DNA from: an uncultured Pelagibacteraceae bacterium
GTDB taxonomy: Bacteria > Pseudomonadota > Alphaproteobacteria > Pelagibacterales > AG-422-B15
Direction: 5' to 3'
Length of the DNA: 64,000 nucleotides
Assembly (NCBI GenBank): GCA_902524795.1
Contig: CABZEU010000001.1
Span: 28,916 to 92,915, forward strand
Shown: one piece after another, positions 28,416 through 38,784 of the stretch
How positions within the stretch are numbered: the first letter of the stretch is position 1
Layout of the letters: every line of letters begins with the position of its first letter
Translations under genes and position numbers: made by a program
Notes under the pieces: generated by a model
What the model saw: the letters and a program-made list of their open reading frames with translations, nothing else
What the model was told of the DNA's origin: nothing
Database searches by the model: none

Positions 28416-29431
28416 TATATTTGCTGGTAGCAGCGTTTAAATGTCGTTGGACAAATTTTTTCAGCAATATTTACATTGCTCGCCTGGTCTGAATTAGTAA
28501 CTATCTCAGCTAAGCTATCTATAAATACAGAGTCAATGTTTAAAGACTCTGATCGAAAATAATATTTGTAGCCCATTTCATTTGCCATTTCTTTATATTC
28601 AATATCTAGCTCTACTAAAGTTTCAGAATGATCTGAAACAAAAGCAATCGGAACAATGATAATAGCTACATCCTCTTTAATTGCTTTTTCAATCTCACTT
28701 GGAGTAGACGGCTCAAGCCATTTCACTGGTGTCACTTTACTCTGATAGGCTAATACATGATCATTATGCCCTTTAAGCCCAGCCATAACAGCACTTACGG
28801 TTTGCTCAACCTGCCATTGGTACGGATCACCGCCTTTGATAATTGAGACAGGCAAGCTATGAGCAGAAAACAAAACTCTGATCTTTTTATTTTTAATGTG
28901 ATTTATTTTATTTTGTATTAATTGCTGATGCGACTCAATAAATTTCTTGTTCATTGGATAGCAGCATGTATATTTTGTTGGGACTAATAAATTTTGTTTC
29001 TTTGCTTCCTTAAACCAAAGATCCAGGGATGATTTGGTGGTCGTAGTTGAGTATTGTGGATAAAGTGGAAGCAAAAAGATATTATCTGGATTATAGTCTT
29101 TTACTTCTTTTACAATTTGGGCTGTCATTGGGTGCCAGTAACGCATGCAAACAAATACCTTAGGCGACATGCCTTGATTTGCTAAGGCCACTTCAAGTGC
29201 GGCCGCCTGATCGTTCGTGATGTCCAGAATTGGTGATTTACCTCCAATTTCAGAGTATATTTCGGTTGCCTCTTTCGTCCTCAAAGTAGATATCAATTTT
29301 GCTAATAAGAAGCGAAGCGGGTTGGGTAACTTAAAAATGTTAGGATCATTAAATAGGTTGAATAGAAAAGGTCTTACGCTTTCTTGTTTATCGGGTCCAC
29401 CTAAATTAAATAATACTACCGCTGTTTTCAT
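28415..29431 (-). CDS. hemH: Ferrochelatase
   Basis: 338 aa. LFNLGGP, MRYWHP, FSAHSLP motifs. Confidence 0.92.
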   Translation of the reverse strand: MKTAVVLFNLGGPDKQESVRPFLFNLFNDPNIFKLPNPLRFLLAKLISTLRTKEATEIYSEIGGKSPILDITNDQAAALEVALANQGMSPKVFVCMRYWHPMTAQIVKEVKDYNPDNIFLLPLYPQYSTTTTKSSLDLWFKEAKKQNLLVPTKYTCCYPMNKKFIESHQQLIQNKINHIKNKKIRVLFSAHSLPVSIIKGGDPYQWQVEQTVSAVMAGLKGHNDHVLAYQSKVTPVKWLEPSTPSEIEKAIKEDVAIIIVPIAFVSDHSETLVELDIEYKEMANEMGYKYYFRSESLNIDSVFIDSLAEIVTNSDQASNVNIAEKICPTTFKRCYQQI

Positions 29432-30411
29432 CTTGCTCTTATTGTGTTTACTAGCTCTTCTACTTTCTTAATTGAGGTGTTTGGCAATACCCCGTGTCCA
29501 AGATTAAAAATATGTGCTCTATCCTTAAAAGCAATTAATATTTTATCAACCTCTTCTTGCAAGATATTATTCTCTGCCAGCAAAGTTTCCGGGTTTAGGT
29601 TTCCTTGAAAGGCGACATCTGGGTTGAGTTCATTGATATGATCCAAATCAAAATCGTAATCTAAACTTATACAATCTAGATTATCTATATTTGAATATTT
29701 CTTATATCCTTCTTTACTTGTTTTTCTTGGGAAACCAATAATAGGTATGTCTGTTTTACTTTTTATTGAATGAATAATTTTTTGTGTAGGTTCTAGGCAC
29801 CATCGATCGAGATATTCATTTTCAAGACTCTCGGCTGCAGACTCAAATATTTGAAATGCGTCAATACCTCCGTTTACTTGTTGTATTGCGTAATTAGAAA
29901 TTATATCAGTTAGCTCATTTATGTGATTGTCTATCCTTTTTTCATTTTTATTAATGAGCTCTTTGTTCATCTGTAATCTTTCTTCTTTATCAAATAAACA
30001 ATACAATAGTGTCGTCCAAGGTCCGCCCACAAAACCTATTAAAGGGACTTTTGATATTTTTTTTATGTTTTCTATACCCTTTATTACTGGGTCAAGCTTA
30101 TGTGATTCAAAATTAAATTTCTTTTTAAATTTAACTTGGGGACCCATACCTTCCTTAAAACTCACATCGCATCCTGATGCATGGGGGACCATCAGTATAT
30201 CTGAAAACAGTATACAAGCATCCAAACCATACCTTTTCACTGGTTGAAGGGAAATTTCAGTTATGACCTCAGGACTCAGGAACATTTCCATAAGATCTTT
30301 ATATTCCTGTCTTATTTTAATATATTCTGGTAAGTGCCTCCCCGCCTGTCTCATTAACCAAATGGGTGTTTTTGTTTTTCTGCCTTTTAGTGTTTCTATA
30401 AAAATACTCAT
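29428..30411 (-). CDS. hemE: Uroporphyrinogen decarboxylase
   Basis: 327 aa. PIWLMRQAGRHLPEY signature. Confidence 0.95.
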   Translation of the reverse strand: MSIFIETLKGRKTKTPIWLMRQAGRHLPEYIKIRQEYKDLMEMFLSPEVITEISLQPVKRYGLDACILFSDILMVPHASGCDVSFKEGMGPQVKFKKKFNFESHKLDPVIKGIENIKKISKVPLIGFVGGPWTTLLYCLFDKEERLQMNKELINKNEKRIDNHINELTDIISNYAIQQVNGGIDAFQIFESAAESLENEYLDRWCLEPTQKIIHSIKSKTDIPIIGFPRKTSKEGYKKYSNIDNLDCISLDYDFDLDHINELNPDVAFQGNLNPETLLAENNILQEEVDKILIAFKDRAHIFNLGHGVLPNTSIKKVEELVNTIRAR

Positions 30412-30685
30412 ATAATATATATATAAGGTAGTATTAGTTTATGTACCTGTGATGATGTGTATATATAAAAACCTCTTATTTGCCCACAAATCAATACATG
30501 ACTTTAACAAGGATAATTAGACATTTGTGATATTACCCACAAGGTAGAATTGCAGTTTAAACATTATCAACAGGTGAATGAAAAGTATGAAAAAATAGGA
30601 TAAAAAGGCCAAAATTTTGTAAATGTTTAAAAACAGTAAACATATAGTATATATCCACATTGATTAATTAGGTTGTTAATAGCTT
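30412..30685. other. oriC: Putative chromosomal replication origin (oriC)
   Basis: Longest non-coding gap in the window, between divergent hemE and maf. DnaA-box-like 9-mers: TTGCCCACA 30480-30488, TTACCCACA 30533-30541, ATATCCACA 30651-30659, and inverted TGTGTATAT 30456-30464. AT-rich (AT)n stretch 30412-30470. The hemE-adjacent origin is the alphaproteobacterial norm. Confidence 0.6.
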
Positions 30686-31288
30686 ATGAACACACAGATA
30701 ACACTAGCGTCTAAAAGTCAAACACGTTCGAGGCTATTAACTAATGCTGGGATAAAATTCAAAACTGTTGATCATGGTGTCGATGAGGATGAGATTAAAT
30801 TATCTATGTCAGAAAGCTCACCCGAAGATATTGTTACAAGGCTAGCTGAGATGAAGGCTTTAAAGGCATCTATATCGAACGAAGGTTTAGTTATAGGTTC
30901 TGATCAAGGATTGGACTTGAAGGGAAAGTTGGTTAATAAAGCAAAAAACTTTAATGATGCACACGAACAATTAAAAAGCATGAGCGGACAGGAGCACACC
31001 CTTATAACAACCACGGTTGTGGCCAAAGAAAATAATATCATATGGAAATATGTTGATAGAGGTAAAATGAAAATGAGAAACCTTGATGAAAAAGTTATCA
31101 AGGAATATTTAGAAAGTGTTGATGAAAAGATTCTGGGATTAGTCGGCGTTTATGCGATTGAAGAAGAAGGCATAAAACTATTCGAGCATATCGGTAGTGA
31201 TTTATTTTCAATACAGGGAATATCGATGATACCATTAACACAGTTTTTATGGGACAACGGCATGTTGTTTGAAGATAATGGCCATTGA
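30686..31288 (+). CDS. maf: Maf-like nucleoside triphosphate pyrophosphatase
   Basis: 200 aa. LASKSQTRSRLL...GSDQ pattern of the Maf family. Confidence 0.85.
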   Translation: MNTQITLASKSQTRSRLLTNAGIKFKTVDHGVDEDEIKLSMSESSPEDIVTRLAEMKALKASISNEGLVIGSDQGLDLKGKLVNKAKNFNDAHEQLKSMSGQEHTLITTTVVAKENNIIWKYVDRGKMKMRNLDEKVIKEYLESVDEKILGLVGVYAIEEEGIKLFEHIGSDLFSIQGISMIPLTQFLWDNGMLFEDNGH

Positions 31289-32105
31289 TAGAACCGCGGT
31301 TATAGGATTTCCTGTTGACCACAGTCTTTCACCGATCATTCACAACCATTGGATTAAGGAATTGGGGTTGGATGTAAAGCCATATGAGAAAATAAATGTA
31401 GATCCAAATAAGTTTGAAGATCGGATCAACAACTTAAAGATAGAAGGTTATGGAGGATTAAATGTTACAGTCCCACTCAAAGAACTCGCATTTAATATAA
31501 GTGATGAAATATCTGACGTTTCTAAGAAACTAAAGTCAGTCAATACCCTTAGTCTAAGTTCTGAAAAAATAAATGGTGACAATACCGACGCTGTTGGTTT
31601 TATTAATTCTTTGGATAAGAAAACGATAGAGGAAAATATTACCAACAAAAAAACGCTTGTTCTTGGTGCTGGGGGCTCTGCCAGGTCTATCGTTTATGCA
31701 TTAAATGAATTGGGAGGTCAAGTGAGGTTGTTTAACAGAACGACTGAAAAAGCAGCAATTTTGCTTAATGATTTATCAATAAAATCAGACCCTGTATGCA
31801 AAGAGGAGCTTGATGATTACGCCAATTCTTCATCGTTCATTGTTAACACAACCAGTCTTGGGCAAAAGGTAAGAGATCATAACGATATTTTGAATTTTGA
31901 AAATATAGAAACAGAAACATATATTTATGACTTAATTTATAATCCCAAGCGATCTAGCTTTTTAGAACAAGCGGAAGTAAAGGGTTTAAAAGTTCAAAAT
32001 GGATTACGCATGTTAATCGAACAAGCAGCTTACTCTTTTCAGATATGGCATGAAATTAAAGTAGACGTTAGTAACGAATTAATGTCACTCTTGGAGAGCG
32101 TGTGA
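31278..32105 (+). CDS. aroE: Shikimate dehydrogenase
   Basis: VIGFPVDHSLSP, LGAGGSARS. Start adjusted to ATG 31278 (ORF track gives TTG 31269). Confidence 0.88.
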   Translation: MAIDRTAVIGFPVDHSLSPIIHNHWIKELGLDVKPYEKINVDPNKFEDRINNLKIEGYGGLNVTVPLKELAFNISDEISDVSKKLKSVNTLSLSSEKINGDNTDAVGFINSLDKKTIEENITNKKTLVLGAGGSARSIVYALNELGGQVRLFNRTTEKAAILLNDLSIKSDPVCKEELDDYANSSSFIVNTTSLGQKVRDHNDILNFENIETETYIYDLIYNPKRSSFLEQAEVKGLKVQNGLRMLIEQAAYSFQIWHEIKVDVSNELMSLLESV

Positions 32106-32728
32106 TGTTATTGATAGGTGTAACTGGATCTATTGGCATGGGAAAGTCCACAGTTGCTAAAATGTTTACTGAATATGGTTATGGCCTCTACAATGCCGAC
32201 GATACTGTTCACTATATTTATGAAAACGATGAAGAGGTAATTAATAAAATTGAGGAGTCTTTCCCTGGCACTAAATTAGAGGGAAAAGTAAATCGAATTG
32301 CTCTGAGAGATATTCTTAATAAGGAACCAGAAAAGTTTAGAAACCTTGAAAAAATTGTTCACCCAGCGACAAGACGTTATCAAATTTTATATATTGAGAA
32401 ATTAATAAGCGAGGGCAACCCCGGTTGTATTCTGGACATTCCTCTACTGTTTGAAACGGGCGGTGAAAAATACATTGATGTTTCCGTTGTGGTTACAGCA
32501 TCAGAAGATAAACAAAAAGAGAGAGTCGTTTCAGAAAGAAAGGTGCCATTAGAAATTTTTAATTCTATTAAGAATCAACAGATGCCAGACCGAGAAAAAC
32601 TAAAGAAAGCAGACTATATAATTTCTACAGATCAAACCTTAGATGAGACAAAACTTGAAGTAAAAGACGTTGTATCTAAAATAAAATTGATTAATCCTAA
32701 GGCATGGAAAGCTTTCTATAAGAAATGA
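32105..32728 (+). CDS. coaE: Dephospho-CoA kinase
   Basis: IGVTGSIGMGKST P-loop. Start at the ATG of TGATG (ORF track gives GTG 32102). Confidence 0.9.
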   Translation: MLLIGVTGSIGMGKSTVAKMFTEYGYGLYNADDTVHYIYENDEEVINKIEESFPGTKLEGKVNRIALRDILNKEPEKFRNLEKIVHPATRRYQILYIEKLISEGNPGCILDIPLLFETGGEKYIDVSVVVTASEDKQKERVVSERKVPLEIFNSIKNQQMPDREKLKKADYIISTDQTLDETKLEVKDVVSKIKLINPKAWKAFYKK

Positions 32729-33423
32729 GAGAAATCGTACTAGACACAGAAACTACAGGCCTGAGACCTTCTGAAGGACATAAAGTGATCGAAATTGCAG
32801 CCATTGAATTGGTTGATTTTCTGCCGACAGGAAAGGTTTATCAACAATATATAAACCCAATGAGGGACGTCCCAGAGGCTTCTTTTAAGGTTCATGGACT
32901 GAGCTATGACTTTTTAAAAGATAAGCCTTTGTTTGAAAAAATTGCTGACGAATTTCTCGACTTTGTTGGACAGGATACGATCATTGCTCACAATGTTGAT
33001 TTTGATATCGGTTTTTTAAATCATGAACTTAGCGCATGCGGGAAAGAGAGTATTAAAAATAAAAAAGTGGACACCGTTTCTATTGCAAGAGAAAAGTTTC
33101 CTGGTCAAAGCGTTTCTTTAGATGCTTTGTGCAAGAGATTTTCAATTGACAATAAGGAGCGAGAAATACACTCAGCGACGATTGACACGGAACTTCTCGC
33201 AAGAGTTTACATAGAACTCATGGATGCCCGTGAGTTGAGTCTTGATCTAAACGTCAACAATCAAAATGTTGGTTCTGAGTCAAATTTTGACATTCAAAAG
33301 ATTCAAAATAGAGAACTCGCAACAAGACTAACAGACGACGATAAAAAGCTGCACAAAGCTTTTGTTGAGACACTTGGTGAAAATGCTATTTGGAAGAAGA
33401 AAGAGCAATTTAATAATGAATGA
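32725..33423 (+). CDS. dnaQ: DNA polymerase III epsilon subunit (3'-5' exonuclease)
   Basis: Exo I VLDTETTGL, Exo II IAHNVDFDIGFL, Exo III HSATIDTELLARVY. Confidence 0.92.
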   Translation: MREIVLDTETTGLRPSEGHKVIEIAAIELVDFLPTGKVYQQYINPMRDVPEASFKVHGLSYDFLKDKPLFEKIADEFLDFVGQDTIIAHNVDFDIGFLNHELSACGKESIKNKKVDTVSIAREKFPGQSVSLDALCKRFSIDNKEREIHSATIDTELLARVYIELMDARELSLDLNVNNQNVGSESNFDIQKIQNRELATRLTDDDKKLHKAFVETLGENAIWKKKEQFNNE

Positions 33424-34240
33424 TTACCAAAACTATAAAATTAATCATACATTATCGAATGCGAATGAGAGTAATCAACCATTAATACCAGCTGCAACTG
33501 TTTTATTGGTTAGAGATCATAATTCTACAATAGAAGTTTTTATGATTAAGCGTGCAATGAAAACAAACTTTGGGGGAGCGTGGGTATTTCCTGGGGGAAA
33601 AGTAGACAGCAGTGATGATATTAAAAATATAAACAAGTACAGCCCATCATTAAATGATGAAGAAGCTTCAAAAAGACTCGATATTAAATCTGGTGGATTA
33701 ATCTATTGGATTGCATGCATTCGAGAATGTTTTGAGGAGAGTGGGATACTTCTTGCCGACAACGAAAAAAGAAAAATAAGTGCAGGCAGTCTCACCGGAG
33801 CTGAATTAGATAATATTAATCAATACAAAGAAAAATTACTTAAGGGAAAAGATGTCTTTTTAGAATTAATCGAAAAATTTGATTTAACATTATCTACCAA
33901 TGAAATAGCCTATATTTCCCATTGGATTACACCAAAGATTGAAAAAAGAAGATACAGCACCAGATTTTTTATTGCTCGCTGTCCCAACCAACTTGCTAGT
34001 CACGATGGATCAGAGGGGGTTGAAAGTCGTTGGCTGGAGCCCAAAGTTGCACTTGATTTATACAAGGCTGGAGAGTTTCCCATGATTATGCCAACAATAA
34101 AAAATCTTGAATTGATTAAAGACTTTCAAAATACGCAAACACTTCTAGATTCAATGAACGGTAGATCGATTACTGACATCCCAAAAGTTGAACCTATTTT
34201 TGATGTTGTGGACGGTAAACCAAAACTTATCAGTTATTAA
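33416..34240 (+). CDS. NUDIX hydrolase
   Basis: Nudix box remnants FPGGKV...IRECFEESGI. Start adjusted to ATG 33416 (ATGAATGA overlap with the dnaQ stop). Confidence 0.7.
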   Translation: MNDYQNYKINHTLSNANESNQPLIPAATVLLVRDHNSTIEVFMIKRAMKTNFGGAWVFPGGKVDSSDDIKNINKYSPSLNDEEASKRLDIKSGGLIYWIACIRECFEESGILLADNEKRKISAGSLTGAELDNINQYKEKLLKGKDVFLELIEKFDLTLSTNEIAYISHWITPKIEKRRYSTRFFIARCPNQLASHDGSEGVESRWLEPKVALDLYKAGEFPMIMPTIKNLELIKDFQNTQTLLDSMNGRSITDIPKVEPIFDVVDGKPKLISY

Positions 34241-34659
34241 TTTGTTTTCTTTCTTTTTTCATAAAGATCGGCAAAATTTACAGGGTCAAGCATTAGAGGA
34301 GGCAATGATCCATCTGCATGCATATCGTATATGATGCGTCTTGCAAAAGGAAACAGTTGCCGTGGACACTCTACTAATAAATAAGCTTCCTTTATATCTT
34401 CTGTAAGATTTTTAATTTCAAATAAACCAACGTATTTTAAATCAATAATATAAACATTCTTATCTTCACGCTTAGCACTAATATTAATATTTAACTCAAC
34501 TTCATAAACATCTGTATCTTTTCTATTAGCTGCTTTTACATCCACATTTGCATTGATGGCTGGTCTTTCACTTCCTTGCTGAAATGCGCCAGGCCCCATT
34601 GGATTTTCAAACGATAAGTCTTTTACAAATTGTGTTATTATTTTCGCAGATACATCCAT
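34237..34659 (-). CDS. secB: Protein-export chaperone SecB
   Basis: 140 aa. YVKDLSFENP-like N-terminus. CPRQLFPFARRII motif. Confidence 0.9.
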   Translation of the reverse strand: MDVSAKIITQFVKDLSFENPMGPGAFQQGSERPAINANVDVKAANRKDTDVYEVELNINISAKREDKNVYIIDLKYVGLFEIKNLTEDIKEAYLLVECPRQLFPFARRIIYDMHADGSLPPLMLDPVNFADLYEKRKKTN

Positions 34660-35102
34660 TATTTTATTTTATCCTCATCGTCATTAATTTCTTCAAAGTC
34701 TCCTTCGATGGATCCATCATCTGAACTTTGATTTTTCATACCATATCTAGAAAGAACAGAGTTCGCTACTATCTTTATGAAAATAACTCTTGTCAGGGGA
34801 ATGAGTCCAAGAAACCCTAATGCGTCTGTGAAAAAGCCTGGAGTGACTAATAAGACCCCAGATATCAATATCGCCAAACCTTCAAACATAGTTCGAATTG
34901 GGGCTTCTTGATTTTGGAGTTGGTTATATAACTTATAATAGGTACTGATGCCTTGCTGCCTTACAAAATAAACTCCGATCAATGCAGTTGTAAAAATTAG
35001 CAATATTGTGTTAAATGAACCAATAAAACTGCCGATTTCAATAAAAAGACTAATCTCTATGACTGGGATTACGATAAATATAATGAGTAATAATAGATAC
35101 AA
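34659..35102 (-). CDS. fxsA: FxsA family membrane protein
   Basis: 147 aa. P.IE....IEIG N-terminal motif, TPGFFTDALG motif, acidic tail. Confidence 0.8.
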   Translation of the reverse strand: MYLLLLIIFIVIPVIEISLFIEIGSFIGSFNTILLIFTTALIGVYFVRQQGISTYYKLYNQLQNQEAPIRTMFEGLAILISGVLLVTPGFFTDALGFLGLIPLTRVIFIKIVANSVLSRYGMKNQSSDDGSIEGDFEEINDDEDKIK

Positions 35103-35167
35103 AATAGCTATAAATGTTGAAACTTTAGTTTAAATACCTAAATAAGGATCTTATAATATTTGTACAT

Positions 35168-35782
35168 ATGAGTGAAGCATTTCAATACTTGGATATATTA
35201 ATACTAGCAATTATAGCTGGTATAGTTTTATTGCGTCTAAGAAGCGTCCTAGGAAGACGAACAGGTCATGAAAAAACTGACAAGTCTTCATTCAATTACG
35301 AAACTCCCCAACAAACTCAAACTGAGAAAGTTATAGAAATCAAACCTGAAACTGATGCGCCAAGCAGAGAAGATGGTTGGTTTGACAAGGACGATTTCCT
35401 TAAAGGTGCATCTAATGCTTATGAGACTATTGTAACTAACTTTGAAAACGGTAATAAAGAAGCTTTAAAGCCTCTCTTATCAAGCGATGTAATGGACAGC
35501 TTTTCATCTGTGATAGATGAGCGTAACAGTAAAAGTGAGTCAGTAGAATTTAATTTTATCGGTATTGAAAAGTCTGAAATTGTTCATAAGGATTTAAAGA
35601 AAAATCCTATGGAAGTTAGTGTGAGATTTATTTCTGAAATGATCACATGTATAAAGAATAACAAAGATGAAGTTATTTCAGGAAGCTTGAATCAAGTCCA
35701 GAAAATAACTGATGTCTGGACTTTCGAGAAAAATCAAAAATCAAAAGGTTCTAATTGGCTTTTAGCAGCTACGACTGACTAA
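35168..35782 (+). CDS. Tim44-domain membrane protein
   Basis: N-terminal TM. C-terminal Tim44-like domain ending ...ITDVWTFEKN...NWLLAAT. Conserved alphaproteobacterial neighbour of secB and fxsA. Confidence 0.8.
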   Translation: MSEAFQYLDILILAIIAGIVLLRLRSVLGRRTGHEKTDKSSFNYETPQQTQTEKVIEIKPETDAPSREDGWFDKDDFLKGASNAYETIVTNFENGNKEALKPLLSSDVMDSFSSVIDERNSKSESVEFNFIGIEKSEIVHKDLKKNPMEVSVRFISEMITCIKNNKDEVISGSLNQVQKITDVWTFEKNQKSKGSNWLLAATTD

Positions 35783-36207
35783 TTTAATATATATTTACCA
35801 AACTTATTTTTTAAATCATCTGGAATAGATGCTGGCTTCATTTCATCTTGATTAGTATTAACCCAGATAATTTCAGCTTCATTTATCAATTCATCAGATC
35901 CATCTCTATATATTTCTTGCATAAATGTAATGCTTGAATTTCCAATATTTTTAATTGCTGTGTAAATGCTTATTTCGTCATTTAGTCTTGCTGGATTTTT
36001 AAAATTTAATTGAGCCGCAACTGTATGAAACTCATTATTAGTTTCCTTAATATATTCTTCTTGGTCAAATAAACTATCAAGCATCTCACTTAAGGAAATG
36101 TCATAATAAGTTAGGTAGTGAGAATTATAAACAATATTCTGTCTATCAACTTCTGAATAGCGTATTTTCAATTTACTAACATATGTTTTTTTTTCTTTTA
36201 AAGACAT
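35779..36207 (-). CDS. Acyl-CoA thioesterase (4HBT/YbgC hot-dog fold)
   Basis: 142 aa. VRYSEVD..N.VYNSHYLTY N-terminal signature. Confidence 0.75.
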   Translation of the reverse strand: MSLKEKKTYVSKLKIRYSEVDRQNIVYNSHYLTYYDISLSEMLDSLFDQEEYIKETNNEFHTVAAQLNFKNPARLNDEISIYTAIKNIGNSSITFMQEIYRDGSDELINEAEIIWVNTNQDEMKPASIPDDLKNKFGKYILN

Positions 36208-36210
36208 TGC

Positions 36211-37515
36211 TTAAAGAATGAATTTAGATAAATCTGTATCCTTAGATAGTTCGCTAACATTACTTTTTACATACTCTGCGTCTATTGTAATATTTTCTCC
36301 ACCTTTATCAGCTGCGGAAAAACTAATGTCTTCTAAAACTCGCTCAAGAATTGTATGAAGTCTTCGCGCTCCAATATTTTCGATCGTCGAATTTATATCA
36401 ACAGCAAGAGTTGCAATAGCGTCAATTCCATCCTTACTGAAGTTAATTTTGACATTCTCAGTTCCCATTAAGGCTTCATACTGCTTGATCAAACTATACT
36501 TCGGTTCAGTGAGTATACGTTTAAAGTCCTCTTGTGTTAATGCCTTTAAGCTTACTCTTATAGGCAGCCTTCCTTGTAATTCGGGGAGTAAATCGGATGG
36601 TTTTGATAGTTGAAAAGCTCCTGAAGCGATAAATAGAATATGATCTGTTTTTATAGTTCCGTGTTTCGTATTCACAGTTGTGCCTTCAATTAGTGGAAGA
36701 AGGTCTCTTTGAACGCCCTCTCGAGATACATCACCACCCACTCTCTCACTACGTGCACAGACTTTATCTATTTCATCAATAAACACGATACCATTATCTT
36801 CTACTGCTTTTTTTGCCTCATTTACGATTTGATCTGTATCAATAAGTTTATCCGACTCTTCATTTACAAGTGTCTCGTATGAATCTTCTACAGTCATTTT
36901 CTTCTTTTTTGTTTTTGGACCCATTGCCTTGCCAAGCATGTCGTTGAGATTAATCATGCCAACACCGGCTCCTTGTCCTCCTTGCAAATCAATTGTTGGA
37001 AAGGATCCAGTATCTTGAACCGATACTTCTATTTCTTTTTCTTCGAGCTCACCGTTCCTTAATTTTTTTCTAAAACTTTCACGTGTAGTAGGTCCAGCAC
37101 CAGGACCAACTAATGAGTCCAACACTCGTTCTTCAGCTGCCAGTTGCGCTTTTGCTTTAACTTCTTTTCTTTTAATTTCGCGTACCATCGTGATTGCAAT
37201 TTCAATCAAGTCACGCACAATAGACTCTACATCTCTCCCAACGTAACCGACTTCTGTAAACTTTGTTGCTTCAACTTTCATAAAAGGCGCTTGAGCCAGT
37301 TTCGAGAGTCTTCTAGAGATTTCTGTTTTACCAATACCAGTTGGACCAATCATTAAAATATTCTTTGGAAGAACTTCATCTCTCATGTCTTCAGGAAGTT
37401 GTTGTCGTCTCCATCGGTTTCTCAGTGCAATAGCAACTGACTTCTTAGCATCATCTTGACCAATAATATATCTATCCAATTCAGAAACTATTTCTCGAGG
37501 TGAAAACGCTTGCAT
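36211..37515 (-). CDS. hslU: ATP-dependent protease ATPase subunit HslU
   Basis: 434 aa. [26 protein letters not shown]-domain, sensor motifs. Confidence 0.97.
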   Translation of the reverse strand: MQAFSPREIVSELDRYIIGQDDAKKSVAIALRNRWRRQQLPEDMRDEVLPKNILMIGPTGIGKTEISRRLSKLAQAPFMKVEATKFTEVGYVGRDVESIVRDLIEIAITMVREIKRKEVKAKAQLAAEERVLDSLVGPGAGPTTRESFRKKLRNGELEEKEIEVSVQDTGSFPTIDLQGGQGAGVGMINLNDMLGKAMGPKTKKKKMTVEDSYETLVNEESDKLIDTDQIVNEAKKAVEDNGIVFIDEIDKVCARSERVGGDVSREGVQRDLLPLIEGTTVNTKHGTIKTDHILFIASGAFQLSKPSDLLPELQGRLPIRVSLKALTQEDFKRILTEPKYSLIKQYEALMGTENVKINFSKDGIDAIATLAVDINSTIENIGARRLHTILERVLEDISFSAADKGGENITIDAEYVKSNVSELSKDTDLSKFIL

Positions 37516-37517
37516 GA

Positions 37518-38081
37518 TTAAAATTCTATTTTTTCTAGAGTAATATTGTTATTAGTGAAAACACAAATATCTCCTGCAATCTTAAGTGACTTCAGGGCAA
37601 TTTCCTCAGCAGTTAAATCACTATCGATAAGTGCTTTTGCTGCAGACAATGCATAGTTGCCACCACTGCCTATACCTATGATAGATCCTTCAGGGTCCAA
37701 CACGTCACCCATACCAGTAATGAGCAATGAAGTTGATGAGTCAGCAACAGTAAGAAGTGCTTCCAACCTTCTAAGATACTTGTCAGTTCTCCAATCTTTT
37801 GCAAGTTCAACACAAGCTCTCGTTAATTGTTTTGGATGCTTTTCTAGTTTTGCTTCTAGTCTTTCAAACAGGGTAAATGCATCAGCGGTCGCTCCTGCGA
37901 AGCCAGCGATAACACTTCCATCTCCAATCTTTCTTACCTTTTGTGCTGTACCTTTAATAACAGTGTTACCTAAACTGACTTGACCATCTCCAGCAACGAC
38001 TACTTGATTGCCCTTACGAACACTAATGATAGTAGTCCCGTGCCAAGATGTATTTTGTTGATTTTCCATTATATAAGTCAT
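37518..38081 (-). CDS. hslV: ATP-dependent protease subunit HslV
   Basis: WHGTTIISV...[11 protein letters not shown]. Start may be ATG 38069 rather than 38081. Confidence 0.95.
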   Translation of the reverse strand: MTYIMENQQNTSWHGTTIISVRKGNQVVVAGDGQVSLGNTVIKGTAQKVRKIGDGSVIAGFAGATADAFTLFERLEAKLEKHPKQLTRACVELAKDWRTDKYLRRLEALLTVADSSTSLLITGMGDVLDPEGSIIGIGSGGNYALSAAKALIDSDLTAEEIALKSLKIAGDICVFTNNNITLEKIEF

Positions 38082-38182
38082 GTGGCTATTTATTTCGTAA
38101 CTTCAAGGCTATTTATCGACCAAATATTATATTTTTTATAGATAAATCAGTAATTTATTGATAAAAACCGAATGGATTTAAT

Positions 38183-38782
38183 ATGAGAACTGCAAATTAT
38201 AAAAGAGAGACAAAAGAAACTTCCATTAACGTCGAGATCAACATTGATGGCACAGGTTTGTATGACGTGAAAACTGGAATAGGTTTTCTTGATCACATGT
38301 TGGAACAACTTTCAAAGCATTCATTAATAGACATGAATATTAAGGCTACAGGTGATACGCATATTGATTACCACCACACAACAGAAGACACTGGCATTGC
38401 ATTAGGTGAATGCTTATCAAAAGCCTTAGGTAATAGACAAGGTATTAATCGTTATGCTCATTCTTACATACCAATGGATGAAACACTCTCAAGAGTTGCT
38501 CTTGATCTTTCCAATCGTCCTTACTTAATATGGAATGTAAAATTTAGTGCTCCTAAAATTACTTCGTCACAAGGTGACTTTGATACAGAGCTTTTTAAAG
38601 AATGGTTTCAGGCATTTGCGCAGGCAAGTGGAACAACTCTACATGTTGAGAATATTTATGGAGAAAACAATCACCACATCATTGAGTCATGCTTTAAAGC
38701 TCTTGCACGAAGTTTAAGACTAGCGGTTCGAGTAAATGAACGTGAAGGTAAGATAGTGCCATCTACAAAAGGCCAACTATAA
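38183..38782 (+). CDS. hisB: Imidazoleglycerol-phosphate dehydratase
   Basis: 199 aa. [24 protein letters not shown] motifs. Confidence 0.95.
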   Translation: MRTANYKRETKETSINVEINIDGTGLYDVKTGIGFLDHMLEQLSKHSLIDMNIKATGDTHIDYHHTTEDTGIALGECLSKALGNRQGINRYAHSYIPMDETLSRVALDLSNRPYLIWNVKFSAPKITSSQGDFDTELFKEWFQAFAQASGTTLHVENIYGENNHHIIESCFKALARSLRLAVRVNEREGKIVPSTKGQL

Positions 38783-38784
38783 TC

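Noticed and set aside
30664-30679. TTAA-N8-TTAA (ATTAATTAGGTTGTTAAT) at the maf-proximal edge of the putative origin, resembling a CtrA box.
   Set aside because: The CtrA consensus is TTAA-N7-TTAA and the spacing here is 8. TTAA is very frequent in AT-rich DNA. Other candidates in the gap have only one half-site.
38037-38081. About 15-residue N-terminal extension before the catalytic Thr of HslV ([15 protein letters not shown]|TT).
   Set aside because: Alphaproteobacterial HslV proteins commonly carry such a short pro-sequence ending ...HGTT, so this is not unusual.
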